Numbered from the stretch's first letter, positions 26,428 through 37,376 are shown. The stretch: DNA of 59,199 bases from Candidatus Neomarinimicrobium atlanticum (GCA_000402815.1 AQSA01000011.1:1-59199), one strand, 5' to 3'. The notes: generated from the sequence alone by a model not told the origin. Numbers and translations are program-made.

Positions 26428-27505
26428 ATAAATGCTCCATAATTTTCTTGCTTATAATATTTACTGAATCTGGAATATCTATTTTTTGAATATTGTCTTT
26501 CATTGAATTATATATTCTATCATTTTCACAAATTTCATTAATTTTTGATGATAACAAGGTACAATCTAAATCTTTCTCCTGAATTAATAATGCCGCAAAC
26601 TTTTCTTGTAAATATTTTGCATTAAACACTTGATGATCTTCTGCTGAAAACCTAAAAGGAATAAGAATTGAAGGCTTCTTGAATTGTAAAATTTCAGAAA
26701 CTGTCATTGCGCCAGATCTAGAAACTATCAAGTCACATTTATCGTATAAATATGGCATATTATCTACGAAAGATAGCACTTTAATTGAATTTGTATTATA
26801 GTGCTTATACTTATCATAGTTCTTAAGACCTGCAATCCAGATAATATTAATATTATTTAATATCTCATTATCAATACATTCTGAAATAATATCATTAAGC
26901 AGTACTGATCCTTGACTTCCTCCCAATATCAGTAATGTTCTTTTTTTATGATCTAGTGATATAGAGATATCTTTTTGACTATGATTGTAAATTGGATTAC
27001 CTGTAAACAGGGTATGACTGCTCTTTAAGTAATTTTTAGCATTTTCAAAACCAAGGAATACTTTTTCTGCTTTAGATCCAAACATTCTAGTTACTAAGCC
27101 AGGGAATGAATTTTGTTCATGTAAAAAGTATGGAACATTGAATATCTTTGCAATCTGAAGAGGTATAAATGAAGCATATCCGCCAGTTGCAATAATCAAG
27201 CTAGGTTTATTCTTAATGAAGAATAGACTAACTCTAATTAGACCAAAAAATAATTCAAAGAATACTAAGCAATTTCTTGCAATTGCATACAAAGAAAAAG
27301 ATCTGTTAATCCCCTTTATAGGTATCAATAAGCTTTTTATATTTTCAGAATTAATCTTCTTTGATTCGATTCCATATTTTGATCCGATATAGTATAAATT
27401 TTTGTTATCTACTTTTTTTGAAATTTCATTTTTGATAGACATCAAAGGATAGTAATGTCCACCAGTTCCTCCTCCACAAAAAATAATATTATACTTATCC
27501 ATCAA
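26417..27505 (-). CDS. murG: Undecaprenyl-PP-MurNAc-pentapeptide GlcNAc transferase
   Basis: GGGTGGH, TGGYAS, HEQN, GGSQG, SRSGA, HQVFNA. Confidence 0.96.
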   Translation of the reverse strand: MMDKYNIIFCGGGTGGHYYPLMSIKNEISKKVDNKNLYYIGSKYGIESKKINSENIKSLLIPIKGINRSFSLYAIARNCLVFFELFFGLIRVSLFFIKNKPSLIIATGGYASFIPLQIAKIFNVPYFLHEQNSFPGLVTRMFGSKAEKVFLGFENAKNYLKSSHTLFTGNPIYNHSQKDISISLDHKKRTLLILGGSQGSVLLNDIISECIDNEILNNINIIWIAGLKNYDKYKHYNTNSIKVLSFVDNMPYLYDKCDLIVSRSGAMTVSEILQFKKPSILIPFRFSAEDHQVFNAKYLQEKFAALLIQEKDLDCTLLSSKINEICENDRIYNSMKDNIQKIDIPDSVNIISKKIMEHLYAV

Positions 27506-28628
27506 CTCGGAGTCTCCATTTTTTAACTTTGAATTTTCGCTGAGCTTTGCTGATATTCAACAAAATTGCTATCATAAGTAGATTAATAATCAATGAAGAT
27601 CCACCATAACTTATGAATGGAAGTGGCACTCCTGTAACCGGTATAATACCAATCACTACACCAATGTTTATTAAGGCATAGAATGAGATACTTAAACCAA
27701 AGCCTATAGAAAGAATGATCCCAAAAATATCGTTTGATTTTTTAGAAATTTGAATCGCTCTAAACAATATGACTATATAAGCTAGCATTACCATAACACC
27801 CACTACAAAACCTAACTCTTCGCCAATGATGGCAAATATAAAATCGGTATGTGTTTCAGGTAAATATGAATGCTTTTGAATACTTTCTCCAATACCCATA
27901 CCTGTGATACCTCCCTGTCTTAAACCGATTAAAGCCTGACTGGATTGATATCCTACATTTCCTGCTGCGCTAGGATCGAGAAATGAAAGTATTCTACTTA
28001 AGGCATAGTTATTAATATTTAAGATAAAAATACCAATTGCTCCAACTGATAGAACGCCTATAGTTCCTATTTGAGGTAATGATACTCCTCCAATAAATAA
28101 TAAAGCAAATACAATTGTAAGTAAGATTATTGTTGTTGAATTATCTGGCTGCATAATAATCATTAAGCAAATAGGCAGTATCCAGCATAGTGGGATTAAA
28201 ATTCCCTTAACAAACTGATGCATATATTTATAATTTCTATCTATATAGTCAGCTAAGAAAAGGATAACTGAGAATCTTGCTAAATCAGATGTTTGAAAAG
28301 AAATTGGACCAATTGATAGCCATCTACAGGAATCTCCATCACAACCTTGAACTCGTGTATATACTAGAAGTACGAAAGATCCAACCATCAAAACTGGAGC
28401 TAAATATTGTAGCTTTCTATAGTTAAAATGAGACGCAATAAAAAAGACTATTATCCCTGGAATAAATTTAAATAATTGGTTTTGTAAGAAATACATTCTG
28501 GAAGCACCCTCGGTTATTTCAAGAGATTTAATCCAGCTTGCACTAAATAAGATTGATAAACCAAAAATAACTAATAATACCACTGTCCATAACAACCACT
28601 TATCTTGATTTCTTTCTTTTATATTCAT
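27495..28628 (-). CDS. ftsW: SEDS protein FtsW
   Basis: RWLSIGPISFQTSD, QPDNST, LPETHTDFIF, PFISYGGSS; start set at the ATGA overlap with murD. Confidence 0.93.
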   Translation of the reverse strand: MNIKERNQDKWLLWTVVLLVIFGLSILFSASWIKSLEITEGASRMYFLQNQLFKFIPGIIVFFIASHFNYRKLQYLAPVLMVGSFVLLVYTRVQGCDGDSCRWLSIGPISFQTSDLARFSVILFLADYIDRNYKYMHQFVKGILIPLCWILPICLMIIMQPDNSTTIILLTIVFALLFIGGVSLPQIGTIGVLSVGAIGIFILNINNYALSRILSFLDPSAAGNVGYQSSQALIGLRQGGITGMGIGESIQKHSYLPETHTDFIFAIIGEELGFVVGVMVMLAYIVILFRAIQISKKSNDIFGIILSIGFGLSISFYALINIGVVIGIIPVTGVPLPFISYGGSSLIINLLMIAILLNISKAQRKFKVKKWRLRVDG

Positions 28629-29968
28629 GAATAATGCCTTTCGACTATATCTTTGAAGCAATCTCCTCTTTCCTCAAAATTATTAAACTGGTCGTAGCTA
28701 GCACAACCAGGAGACATTAATACAGAGTCCCCTCTTTCTGCCAATTGTATCGCAGAAGTAATTGCTTTTTCAAATTTGTTAATTTTTATTACTTCATATG
28801 AATCAGATAATGAATTATATATATCATTTGAACCTACACCATATGCAATTATCGATTTTACTGATCGAGTATACTCTATGATTGCTGAAAAATCTGATTC
28901 TTTTGGGAGACCTCCCATTATTAGTATAATATTTTTATCAATAGACTCTACTGCAACTTTAACTGATGCAATATTTGTTGATTTAGAGTCATTGATGAAC
29001 TTTATATTATCAACTTCTTTAAACATTTCAAATCTATGCTCTAAGCCTTCAAATATTTTTAATGCTTCAAAAATTTCTCTATCTTTCAATCCTAGTTGTG
29101 AAGCAATTGTAGCTACACCTATGAAATTAGATATATTATGAATTCCTGATAGCTTACAATCATTTATATCCAATGAATGATTGCTTTGAGATGATTCAAT
29201 TTTTTTATTTTTTAAATAAAATGAGCTGAACTTTTCATCTAAAGAATATTCTATAAATTTTTTGTCTATTTTTTCTATTTCAGCATATAATATTTTATCA
29301 TCACGATTGTAAATTATTAAATCATCATCGCTCATGTTTTTGAAAAGATTGATTTTTGATTTACAGTAATCTAGGAAATCTTTATATCTGTCTAAATGAT
29401 CATGTGAAATATTTAAAATCATTGCTATATCAGGTTTGAACGTATCAATATCATCAATTTGAAAACTGGATAACTCGAGAATACAAAAATCAGTTTTTAA
29501 ATATTTTCCTCTATTTTCATTATAAATAATTTCTGAAAATGGAGTACCTATATTTCCGCTTTTTACAACATTAAATTTTTTCTTCAATACCTCATATAGG
29601 CATGTAACTGTAGTAGTTTTTCCATTAGTACCTGTCACAGCAATAATTTTTAAATTTGATAACCTGTAAGCAAATTCAATTTCACTAATTATTTCAATAT
29701 TACTTGAATATAAATTTTGAATAATATGAATATCCCTTGGTATTCCAGGCGATTTTATAACTAAATCTGAATTAAGAATTTTTTTAGAATGACACCCTAA
29801 CTCTACATCAATCCCTAGGCTTATTAATTCTTTAGTATATTTATTATTTATATCCAATTTACTATCTGAAATAAAGACATTAGCACCCATAGATTTAGCT
29901 AATTTAGCTGCCCAATAACCACTAATTCCCAATCCAAGAATACCGATATTTTTTTTATCTATATTCAT
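28625..29968 (-). CDS. murD: UDP-MurNAc-L-Ala--D-glutamate ligase
   Basis: GLGISG, TGTNGKTT, ELSSFQ, DHLDRY, NDSKSTN, SPGCASYDQF. Confidence 0.96.
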   Translation of the reverse strand: MNIDKKNIGILGLGISGYWAAKLAKSMGANVFISDSKLDINNKYTKELISLGIDVELGCHSKKILNSDLVIKSPGIPRDIHIIQNLYSSNIEIISEIEFAYRLSNLKIIAVTGTNGKTTTVTCLYEVLKKKFNVVKSGNIGTPFSEIIYNENRGKYLKTDFCILELSSFQIDDIDTFKPDIAMILNISHDHLDRYKDFLDYCKSKINLFKNMSDDDLIIYNRDDKILYAEIEKIDKKFIEYSLDEKFSSFYLKNKKIESSQSNHSLDINDCKLSGIHNISNFIGVATIASQLGLKDREIFEALKIFEGLEHRFEMFKEVDNIKFINDSKSTNIASVKVAVESIDKNIILIMGGLPKESDFSAIIEYTRSVKSIIAYGVGSNDIYNSLSDSYEVIKINKFEKAITSAIQLAERGDSVLMSPGCASYDQFNNFEERGDCFKDIVERHYS

Positions 29969-31896
29969 GACTTAATTTCTGCCTTCAATTCTACCCTAGT
30001 CCCTTTTTCAATTTTTTGTCCGGGATCAATAGATTGAGAAATTATTACTCCCATACCAGACACTATTTTTGGATTTAATCCCTTCTTTGCCAATGTCATA
30101 AATGCGCTATTAACATTCTTACCTATCACATTAGGCATATCAACTATTTCAATATTTTGAGATTTTTTAATATTTTTCTGAATTAAGATTGGATCAGAAT
30201 TCTTGGGTTTTAACTTCTTGGTAGACTTTTTGTTTGTTATATCTGAATCAATATTAATAATACGTTTCATCACAGAATGAAATACAGGAGCAGCTGACAT
30301 TGAACCCCAATGATAATTACTTGAAGCTGATGCACCGTCAATAATAATTAATGCTAGTAGCTGAGGATCTTCTTTTGGAAAGAATCCTACAAAACTAGAT
30401 ATAAATTCTGATTCTGAATATTCACCATTAATAATTTTTTTAGATGTACCTGTCTTTCCAGATACATCCCAGCCAGCCAGCTTGGCTTTTTTTCCACTAC
30501 CATTTTCAACTGTATAAGCTAACATGTCCTTTAATATCTCTGCATCTGACTGAGATAGAATTCTTTTTCTAAATCTTTTTTCATTTTTTAAAATTGTGTT
30601 GTCACTTTTTCTAACTTGATCTACCATATATGGTTTCAATAAAAATCCTCCATTTGCAATTGCTGCATATGCCATAGCAATTTGTATAGGAGTTGCAGTG
30701 AGTTCATAACCTAGGGGGAAACTGTGCATAGATGACTTGCTCCACTTCTTAGTTTCATAAACTATACCACTTTCTTCGCTTGTGGGATTAAGGCCGGTTT
30801 TAGAGCCAAAACCAAATTCTTTCGCTTGATTATAAATCTTATCTTTTCCTAATGATTCGGCAATTTTTATTGTACCTATATTGCTAGAATAAGCTAAAAT
30901 TTCTTTCACAGTTAATACGGAATGTGGCTCAGAATCCTCTATCATTTTAATATTATGAAAATTATACGGACCCTCTACATTATATTCTTTCATTGGATTT
31001 ATATCGCTTTTAAGAGCAGCGGCAATAGTAACTACCTTAAAGGTTGATCCAGGCTCTATTGTATCGAGAAGCAATCTGTTCTTCTGAAATTCTGTTTCAA
31101 AATCTTTTGGATTATTAGGATTGAAATCTGGCACGCTTACCATCGATACTATTTCTCCTGTTTGAGGATTTAATATGATTCCCATAGCAGAAGATGCTTC
31201 AGTTTTTTCTACTTGATCAATTAATTCTTCTCTTAAAATTGCCTGATATTCTTTATTCATAGTTAAAAAGATATCAGAACCATTTTTAGGTGCCTCATAT
31301 GCTAATGTTGGATCAGCAATGCGCTTACCAAATCCATTTCTTTTAAAAACTCTTGATCCAGTTTTTGGTTCTAAATATTTGTTATATTGAGATTCTAATC
31401 CAACAATTCCAATATCATCTACATTTGTAAAACCAACAATTTGACTAAATAAATTTTCTTCTGGGTAATAGCGTTTATAGTCTTGATTGATGACTATTGC
31501 ACTACCATAGCTTGATTTTAATTCTTCACAATTTCTTATAGTTTTTTTCTCAAGCTGTATATAAGATTTTGAAATATTAAACTTTGAATTATAAATCTCT
31601 AAATCAGTACCTGTACAATTTGATAAATCTCTTAAAAAAATTTCTTTATTAGCAATTTTTTTTGGATGAACTCCAATGTTGTAAAAAGTTAAATTTTGAG
31701 TAATATTACTTCCTTTTACATCAAAAATATTTCCTCTTTTACCTTTAATCATTTCTACTTTCATTCCCTGAGGATTATCAACCCTATCAATGATTTGAAT
31801 TGTAAATAACTTGTAAATGAATACCAACCAAACACACATTACCAGCGTGCTTACAATTCTAATTCTACGTTTAAATTTTAAATAGTTTTTAGTCAT
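29965..31896 (-). CDS. ftsI: Class B penicillin-binding protein with C-terminal PASTA domain
   Basis: Catalytic STFK, SSN and KTG motifs; MPNVIGK PASTA. Confidence 0.93.
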   Translation of the reverse strand: MTKNYLKFKRRIRIVSTLVMCVWLVFIYKLFTIQIIDRVDNPQGMKVEMIKGKRGNIFDVKGSNITQNLTFYNIGVHPKKIANKEIFLRDLSNCTGTDLEIYNSKFNISKSYIQLEKKTIRNCEELKSSYGSAIVINQDYKRYYPEENLFSQIVGFTNVDDIGIVGLESQYNKYLEPKTGSRVFKRNGFGKRIADPTLAYEAPKNGSDIFLTMNKEYQAILREELIDQVEKTEASSAMGIILNPQTGEIVSMVSVPDFNPNNPKDFETEFQKNRLLLDTIEPGSTFKVVTIAAALKSDINPMKEYNVEGPYNFHNIKMIEDSEPHSVLTVKEILAYSSNIGTIKIAESLGKDKIYNQAKEFGFGSKTGLNPTSEESGIVYETKKWSKSSMHSFPLGYELTATPIQIAMAYAAIANGGFLLKPYMVDQVRKSDNTILKNEKRFRKRILSQSDAEILKDMLAYTVENGSGKKAKLAGWDVSGKTGTSKKIINGEYSESEFISSFVGFFPKEDPQLLALIIIDGASASSNYHWGSMSAAPVFHSVMKRIINIDSDITNKKSTKKLKPKNSDPILIQKNIKKSQNIEIVDMPNVIGKNVNSAFMTLAKKGLNPKIVSGMGVIISQSIDPGQKIEKGTRVELKAEIKS

Positions 31897-32197
31897 TGCT
31901 AATTTTTACAATAAGTGTTTCGGGTTTACTTGCTACTAATCCAATTTTTTTTGCCTTCTTTGATATAACATCTGCTCGTTTCATTTTTTCTACAGAATTA
32001 ATTTTCAAAGTAAGATTTTCATTTAATTGATCTAAAGTCTTACGATTAAAATCGATTGTAGTTTGTGTTTTATCTATTTCTATAAATGCAGCTAAATACA
32101 AGGAAATCGTAGTAACAGTCATTATAAACATAATGGTCCATTTTATATTTTCTCTTTTTGCAATCTGTGCTTTCGTTAACCTTTTTTTTCTAGCCAA
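31889..32197 (-). CDS. ftsL: Cell division protein FtsL-like
   Basis: Basic N-terminus, TM, coiled coil; between rsmH and ftsI. Confidence 0.7.
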   Translation of the reverse strand: MARKKRLTKAQIAKRENIKWTIMFIMTVTTISLYLAAFIEIDKTQTTIDFNRKTLDQLNENLTLKINSVEKMKRADVISKKAKKIGLVASKPETLIVKISND

Positions 32198-33080
32198 TTT
32201 TTTCCCCTACTCTCATTTTTGCGCTTCTGGATCTCTTATTGTCTAATATTTCCTGTTCAGTAGGTATTAGAGGTTTCTTTGTTAGAACATTTAACTCTTT
32301 ATTTAGCTTAAGATCTTTAAACTTATGTTTTACCATTCGATCTTCCATAGAGTGATAACTGATAATAACAATTCTACCTTTAGGCTTAAGAAACTTCATA
32401 AAGTCATTCAAAAATAATTCTAAATGATCTAACTCATTGTTAGTTTTGATTCTGAGTGCTTGAAAAATTCTTGAGTATGTTTTGATTCGATATTTATAGG
32501 CTGTTTTTCTACTTATAATATTAACAAGTGTATCAGCATTTATTTCTTCATTTGATTCTTTAATTGCTCTAGCAATTCTAAACGAATTTCTTTCTTCTCC
32601 AAATTCATTAAAGATATTAGTTAAGTCTCGTATAGATGAGTTTTCAATAATCTCTGCAGCTGTTAACCCACTATCTTTATCATCAAATCTCATATCTAAA
32701 GACGAGTCATATCGATGCGAAAACCCTCTTTGATTATCCTCTAGCTGATAAGAGGAAAGTCCCAAGTCTAAAAGCATTCCATCAACTTGCTTTATATTTA
32801 ATTTATTACAACTATCTTCTAATTGAGTATAGCTAGAATGGATTAGCTCAAAATTACTAAATTCATGGAGCCTCTTTTGTGCAATTTTTATTGAATTTGA
32901 GTCTCTATCAAATCCTAATAGAAAACCTTTTTTAACATGCTCAAGAATTTTAATTGAATGACCACCAAGACCTACCGTGCCATCTATATAATATCCATTC
33001 TGTTTTATATTTAGATTATTAATTGATTCCGTCAGCATAACTGGGTAATGGCTATAGCTTTTTGACGAAATCGAAGTCAT
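32190..33080 (-). CDS. rsmH: 16S rRNA m4C1402 methyltransferase
   Basis: HYPVM, DGTVGLGGHS, DLGLSSYQL, FQALRI, SYHSMEDR, RSRSAKMR. Confidence 0.96.
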   Translation of the reverse strand: MTSISSKSYSHYPVMLTESINNLNIKQNGYYIDGTVGLGGHSIKILEHVKKGFLLGFDRDSNSIKIAQKRLHEFSNFELIHSSYTQLEDSCNKLNIKQVDGMLLDLGLSSYQLEDNQRGFSHRYDSSLDMRFDDKDSGLTAAEIIENSSIRDLTNIFNEFGEERNSFRIARAIKESNEEINADTLVNIISRKTAYKYRIKTYSRIFQALRIKTNNELDHLELFLNDFMKFLKPKGRIVIISYHSMEDRMVKHKFKDLKLNKELNVLTKKPLIPTEQEILDNKRSRSAKMRVGEKIG

Positions 33081-33538
33081 CAGATATTGACTCTCTTGGA
33101 AAGCTCTTCATAGGAATCTTCATCAATACTCTGCTTACTATCGGATTTCTCCAAAGTAGCATTATCCCATATTTCAATTTTATTTAAAACGCCTATGATG
33201 GTTATATCTTTTAAAATATTTGCGTATTCAATTAAGTTTTTTGTTAAAATCAATCTTCCTTGTTCATCTGAAGATACTATTTTAGCATGCCTTAAATGAT
33301 TTCTTAAAAAAATACGATTCGTTTTAGACAAAGAAGATAGTTGACTTAATTCTCTTTCAATTTTTTCCCATTCGCCTAAAGCATAAACCCAAATACAACG
33401 ATCAATTCCTCTAGTTATTACAAAAGTATTTTTGTCAGACTTATGAAGCTGTTTACGAAATATAGATGGAATATTGATTCGATTTTTTGAATCAATAACG
33501 AAATCATATTGTCCTGTAAATGTATATTGGCTACGCAT
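33080..33538 (-). CDS. mraZ: Transcriptional regulator MraZ
   Basis: IDSKNRINIP and DEQGRL repeats, IIGVLNKIEIW; head of the dcw operon. Confidence 0.93.
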   Translation of the reverse strand: MRSQYTFTGQYDFVIDSKNRINIPSIFRKQLHKSDKNTFVITRGIDRCIWVYALGEWEKIERELSQLSSLSKTNRIFLRNHLRHAKIVSSDEQGRLILTKNLIEYANILKDITIIGVLNKIEIWDNATLEKSDSKQSIDEDSYEELSKRVNI

Positions 33539-33544
33539 AATAAA

Positions 33545-33611
33545 CGGGAATTAAGGGATTTTAACCCACAATTCACCACTTATCTTAATGTATATGTAGC
33601 ATCTATGTCAA
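33545..33611 (-). promoter_or_regulatory. dcw promoter TTGACA-N18-TAAGAT and MraZ boxes
   Basis: -35 at 33606-33611, -10 at 33582-33587; GTGGT (33575-79) and GTGGG (33565-69) spaced 10 bp, just downstream of -10. Confidence 0.65.
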
Positions 33612-33678
33612 TAAATTTGTTATAAATTGGATAAAAAAATGATAAAAAAATAATCGAATACAAAAAGGTTTTTTAAAA

Positions 33679-34500
33679 CTATCTATTTTTTGGGATATAC
33701 TTGGTGATAGAAACTGATAGGGGGTCTGATATTAGATCTACTTTAACTGGAAAATCATTTGTAATACTGTCTGAAAAATCACTAAAAGTATCTTCTGAGA
33801 AAAAAATCAATTCAAAGTCAACTGTATTGGCAATCAAGAAAGTTTTATTATCTCCATTCCAAATCTCAGAAAAAGAATTGGATTGTACATTATTTTTCTC
33901 TTCAAATATAAAGTATTCTTTTCCTGAATCTTTGTCTGAATATTCAATATAATTTTCATTATTTGATTTAAATCGTATCGTTATTGGAAAAGAAAAAGCT
34001 TGTTCACTCAAAATCTCCTGAGTTCTTATAGCATAAAGATTTTCTATGTCAGATTTAGATATTCTAAGTTCGTTTTCTTTATCTGTATCAGAAATTGCAG
34101 AAGAACTGTTAAGGAAAAAACTTAATAAAACTAAAATTATAAAAACTACTAAACCTATTAAAATATTTGGATTAAATACATTATCAGTGTTGATGATATC
34201 TACAAATTTTAAACTTTTGTCATTATCTTCTTTTTTATTCTTTTTAACTCTTACTTTTTTTATAGGATTTTTTTGATTAAGAAATTCATCTAATTCTTCT
34301 ATTCCATCATCAACATCTATACCTATTTCTTTCAGGTATGCTTTAAAAAATAATCGTACATATACATTAGAAATTTCAGAAAATTTACCTGCTTCAATAG
34401 CCTTTAGACTAATGAGATCTATTTTAGTTCTACGTTGAATATCCTCAAGCGATATTTTGTTCTCTAGTCTAAATTTTTTATATCTAGAGTAAAAAATCAT
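33679..34500 (-). CDS. RodZ-like HTH + TM protein
   Basis: N-terminal HTH (ISLEDIQRRTKI..AIEAG..YVRLFFKAY), single TM. Confidence 0.75.
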   Translation of the reverse strand: MIFYSRYKKFRLENKISLEDIQRRTKIDLISLKAIEAGKFSEISNVYVRLFFKAYLKEIGIDVDDGIEELDEFLNQKNPIKKVRVKKNKKEDNDKSLKFVDIINTDNVFNPNILIGLVVFIILVLLSFFLNSSSAISDTDKENELRISKSDIENLYAIRTQEILSEQAFSFPITIRFKSNNENYIEYSDKDSGKEYFIFEEKNNVQSNSFSEIWNGDNKTFLIANTVDFELIFFSEDTFSDFSDSITNDFPVKVDLISDPLSVSITKYIPKNR

Positions 34501-35063
34501 AGATTTTCTAGTATTATTTTTATCTTACTCATTTTGAATTTCTTTAAGGGAAAACCTACGATATTATTATAACATCCGTCAATATGTTTAATTAAAATAT
34601 TTTCAGCATCTTCAATATTATAAGCGCCAGCTTTGTCTAAAACATCAAATGATTCAATATAGTTCTGTATGACATCTTCTGACAAGTCCTTGAAAGTAAC
34701 ATTAGTCTTATCAAAGATAGTGATAGCTTTATTATTATAAAAAAGACTTAAACCACTTATTACCGAATGGGTATGATTTGAGAGTGTTTGAATAATCTTA
34801 AATGCTTCGCCATTTGAAGATGGCTTACCTATTATTTTGCCATTAAAATCAATAATAGTATCTCCTGATAGAACATGACTACCCTGGTTATTGTTCCAAA
34901 CATGAGATCCCTTACTTTCAGATACGTTTACCACATAATCAACTGGTTTTAGATTACTGCTATTTGTCTCATCTATATTTGGCGATATGCAATCGAAGTT
35001 ATAACCTAAATCTTGGAGAATTCTCTTTCGTCTTGGAGAACTTGATGCTAATATTAAACCCAT
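34497..35063 (-). CDS. maf: Maf nucleoside-triphosphate pyrophosphatase
   Basis: ILASSSPRR, SGDT, GKP, DKAGAY, GCYNNIVG; start placed at MGLILAS. Confidence 0.9.
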   Translation of the reverse strand: MGLILASSSPRRKRILQDLGYNFDCISPNIDETNSSNLKPVDYVVNVSESKGSHVWNNNQGSHVLSGDTIIDFNGKIIGKPSSNGEAFKIIQTLSNHTHSVISGLSLFYNNKAITIFDKTNVTFKDLSEDVIQNYIESFDVLDKAGAYNIEDAENILIKHIDGCYNNIVGFPLKKFKMSKIKIILENL

Positions 35064-35117
35064 TGTTTTAGTTATTTTTTTTGTAATTAAATTTAAATAA
35101 TTTAGGGAGGATAAATA

Positions 35118-37376
35118 ATGGACCAAACTAAAATAGTTAAAAAAACATATTCACAGTATATGAAGTCTCTTCCTGTTGCTAGAGATTTCTTCAATCGACC
35201 ATTAACTTATACCGAAAAAATTTTGTTCTCACATTTGAGTGAACCGCTAGAATCTATTCCAGAAAGAACAAAAACATTTTGTTGTATAAAACCAGATAGA
35301 GTAGCTATGCAAGATGCAACAGCTCAAATGGCACTACTTCAATTTATTAACGCTGGAATGGAAACAACAGCCGTTCCCAGCACTGTACATTGCGATCATT
35401 TGATTACTGCTATTAGTGGAGCAAAAGATGATCTAGACAATGCACTTATTACGAATAAAGAAGTTTATAATTTTTTAATATCTGTATGTGAAAAGTATGG
35501 AATTGGTTTTTGGAAACCAGGTGCAGGAATTATCCACCAAACTATTCTAGAAAATTATGCATTTCCTGGATCTTTGATGATTGGAACTGATTCACATACT
35601 CCAAATGCCGGAGGCTTAGGTATGATTGCAATTGGTGTCGGTGGAGCCGATGCTGTAGATGTAATGACCGATTCACCATGGGAAGTAAATTGGCCTGGCG
35701 TTATAGGCGTAAAACTAGTTGGTGAGTTAAAAGATTGGGCATCTCCAAAAGATATCATATTAAAATTGGCTGGTATTTTAACAGTTAAAGGTGGTACTGG
35801 AAAAATTATTGAATATTTTGGGGAAGGAACAAAAACAATAAGTTGTACAGGTAAAGCAACCATAACTAATATGGGTGCTGAAGTTGGAGCAACTACCTCA
35901 TTATTTCCCTATGATGAGAAAATGTTTGAATATTTAGTTGCGACTTCAAGATCTGATATTGCATCATTAGCTGATGAGCTAAAAGATCATCTAAAAGCAG
36001 ATGATGAAGTAGCAGAAAATCCAGAACAATACTATGATGAGGTGATTGAAATTAATCTATCTGAATTAGAACCTCATATTGTTGGGCCATACAGTCCCGA
36101 CCTTTCTAGAAAAGTATCAGACATGCCATTAGCTATCAAGAAAAATAATTACGATGATGATTTAAAAGTTGGCTTGATTGGAAGTTGCACTAATTCTTCA
36201 TATGAAGATATTGAAAAAGCTGCCCATGTTGCAAAACAAGCATTAGATAGAGGTTTAACAGCTAAGTCAGAATTTTATATCACTCCAGGATCTAATCAAA
36301 TTAAGGCTACCATGGAACGCGATGGCTATACAGAAATTTTTCATAAATTAGGTGGTAAAGTGCTTGCGAATGCTTGTGGGCCATGTATTGGACAATGGAA
36401 AAGATCTGGCATTCAAGATGGAGAAAAAAATACTATAATAACATCATTTAATAGAAATTTTGCAAAGAGGAATGATGGAAATGCAGCTACTGAATCTTTT
36501 GTAGCAAGTCCCGAGATTGTTACTGCGCTTGCTATTGCAGGTAAACTAAGTTTTAACCCTTCAAAAGACTCTATCACTTTGAAAGATGGAAATAAATTTA
36601 TGTTTGATGCCCCTATTGGTTCAGAACTACCTTCTGATGGTTTTGAAGAGATAGATTGTAATGATTTTCTAGCAGGTAAATTGAATCCATCTGCTGAAAT
36701 TATTATTGATCAGGACAGTAAACGCCTACAAAAGTTAGAGCCTTTTAAGGCGTGGAATAATAAAGATATTCAAGGCTTAAGGGTTTTACTTAAAGCTGAA
36801 GGAAAATGCACTACTGACCATGTATCTCCAGCTGGACCTTGGCTAAAGTATAGAGGCCATCTTGAAAATATATCTCAAAATATGTATTCAGGTGCATTAA
36901 ATGCATATACTCAATCTACTGGAGAAGCAATAAATACCGACACCAAAGAAAAAGGTGATATCTATGAAGTTGCAAAGTATTATAGCTCAAATGTCATTGA
37001 TTGGATAGCGGTTGCTGATGAAAATTATGGTGAAGGATCTAGTAGGGAACATGCTGCGATGGAACCTAGATTTATGGGTTGTAAAATTGTTTTAGCTAAG
37101 AGTTTTGCAAGGATTGCTCAAACAAACTTAAAGAAGCAAGGTGTTTTACCTTTGATATTTGAAAATAAATCAGATTATGATAAAATTGAAGCCTTCGACA
37201 CCATATCAACTCTAAATTTAAATGAGTTTGGTCCACAAAATAATATCAATTTAAGCCTTCAGAAACCTGACGGCTCAACTTATATCATTAAAACCATTCA
37301 TACATTTTCAGAAAATCAAATTTCATGGTTTAAAGCTGGATCTGCTCTAAACTTAATTGCAGATCAAGTAAATTGA
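35118..37376 (+). CDS. acnA: Aconitate hydratase, mitochondrial-type family
   Basis: RVAMQDATAQMALLQF, HCDHLI, GTDSHTPN, GSCTNSSYED, ANACGPCIGQW, GEGSSREHAA. Confidence 0.95.
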   Translation: MDQTKIVKKTYSQYMKSLPVARDFFNRPLTYTEKILFSHLSEPLESIPERTKTFCCIKPDRVAMQDATAQMALLQFINAGMETTAVPSTVHCDHLITAISGAKDDLDNALITNKEVYNFLISVCEKYGIGFWKPGAGIIHQTILENYAFPGSLMIGTDSHTPNAGGLGMIAIGVGGADAVDVMTDSPWEVNWPGVIGVKLVGELKDWASPKDIILKLAGILTVKGGTGKIIEYFGEGTKTISCTGKATITNMGAEVGATTSLFPYDEKMFEYLVATSRSDIASLADELKDHLKADDEVAENPEQYYDEVIEINLSELEPHIVGPYSPDLSRKVSDMPLAIKKNNYDDDLKVGLIGSCTNSSYEDIEKAAHVAKQALDRGLTAKSEFYITPGSNQIKATMERDGYTEIFHKLGGKVLANACGPCIGQWKRSGIQDGEKNTIITSFNRNFAKRNDGNAATESFVASPEIVTALAIAGKLSFNPSKDSITLKDGNKFMFDAPIGSELPSDGFEEIDCNDFLAGKLNPSAEIIIDQDSKRLQKLEPFKAWNNKDIQGLRVLLKAEGKCTTDHVSPAGPWLKYRGHLENISQNMYSGALNAYTQSTGEAINTDTKEKGDIYEVAKYYSSNVIDWIAVADENYGEGSSREHAAMEPRFMGCKIVLAKSFARIAQTNLKKQGVLPLIFENKSDYDKIEAFDTISTLNLNEFGPQNNINLSLQKPDGSTYIIKTIHTFSENQISWFKAGSALNLIADQVN

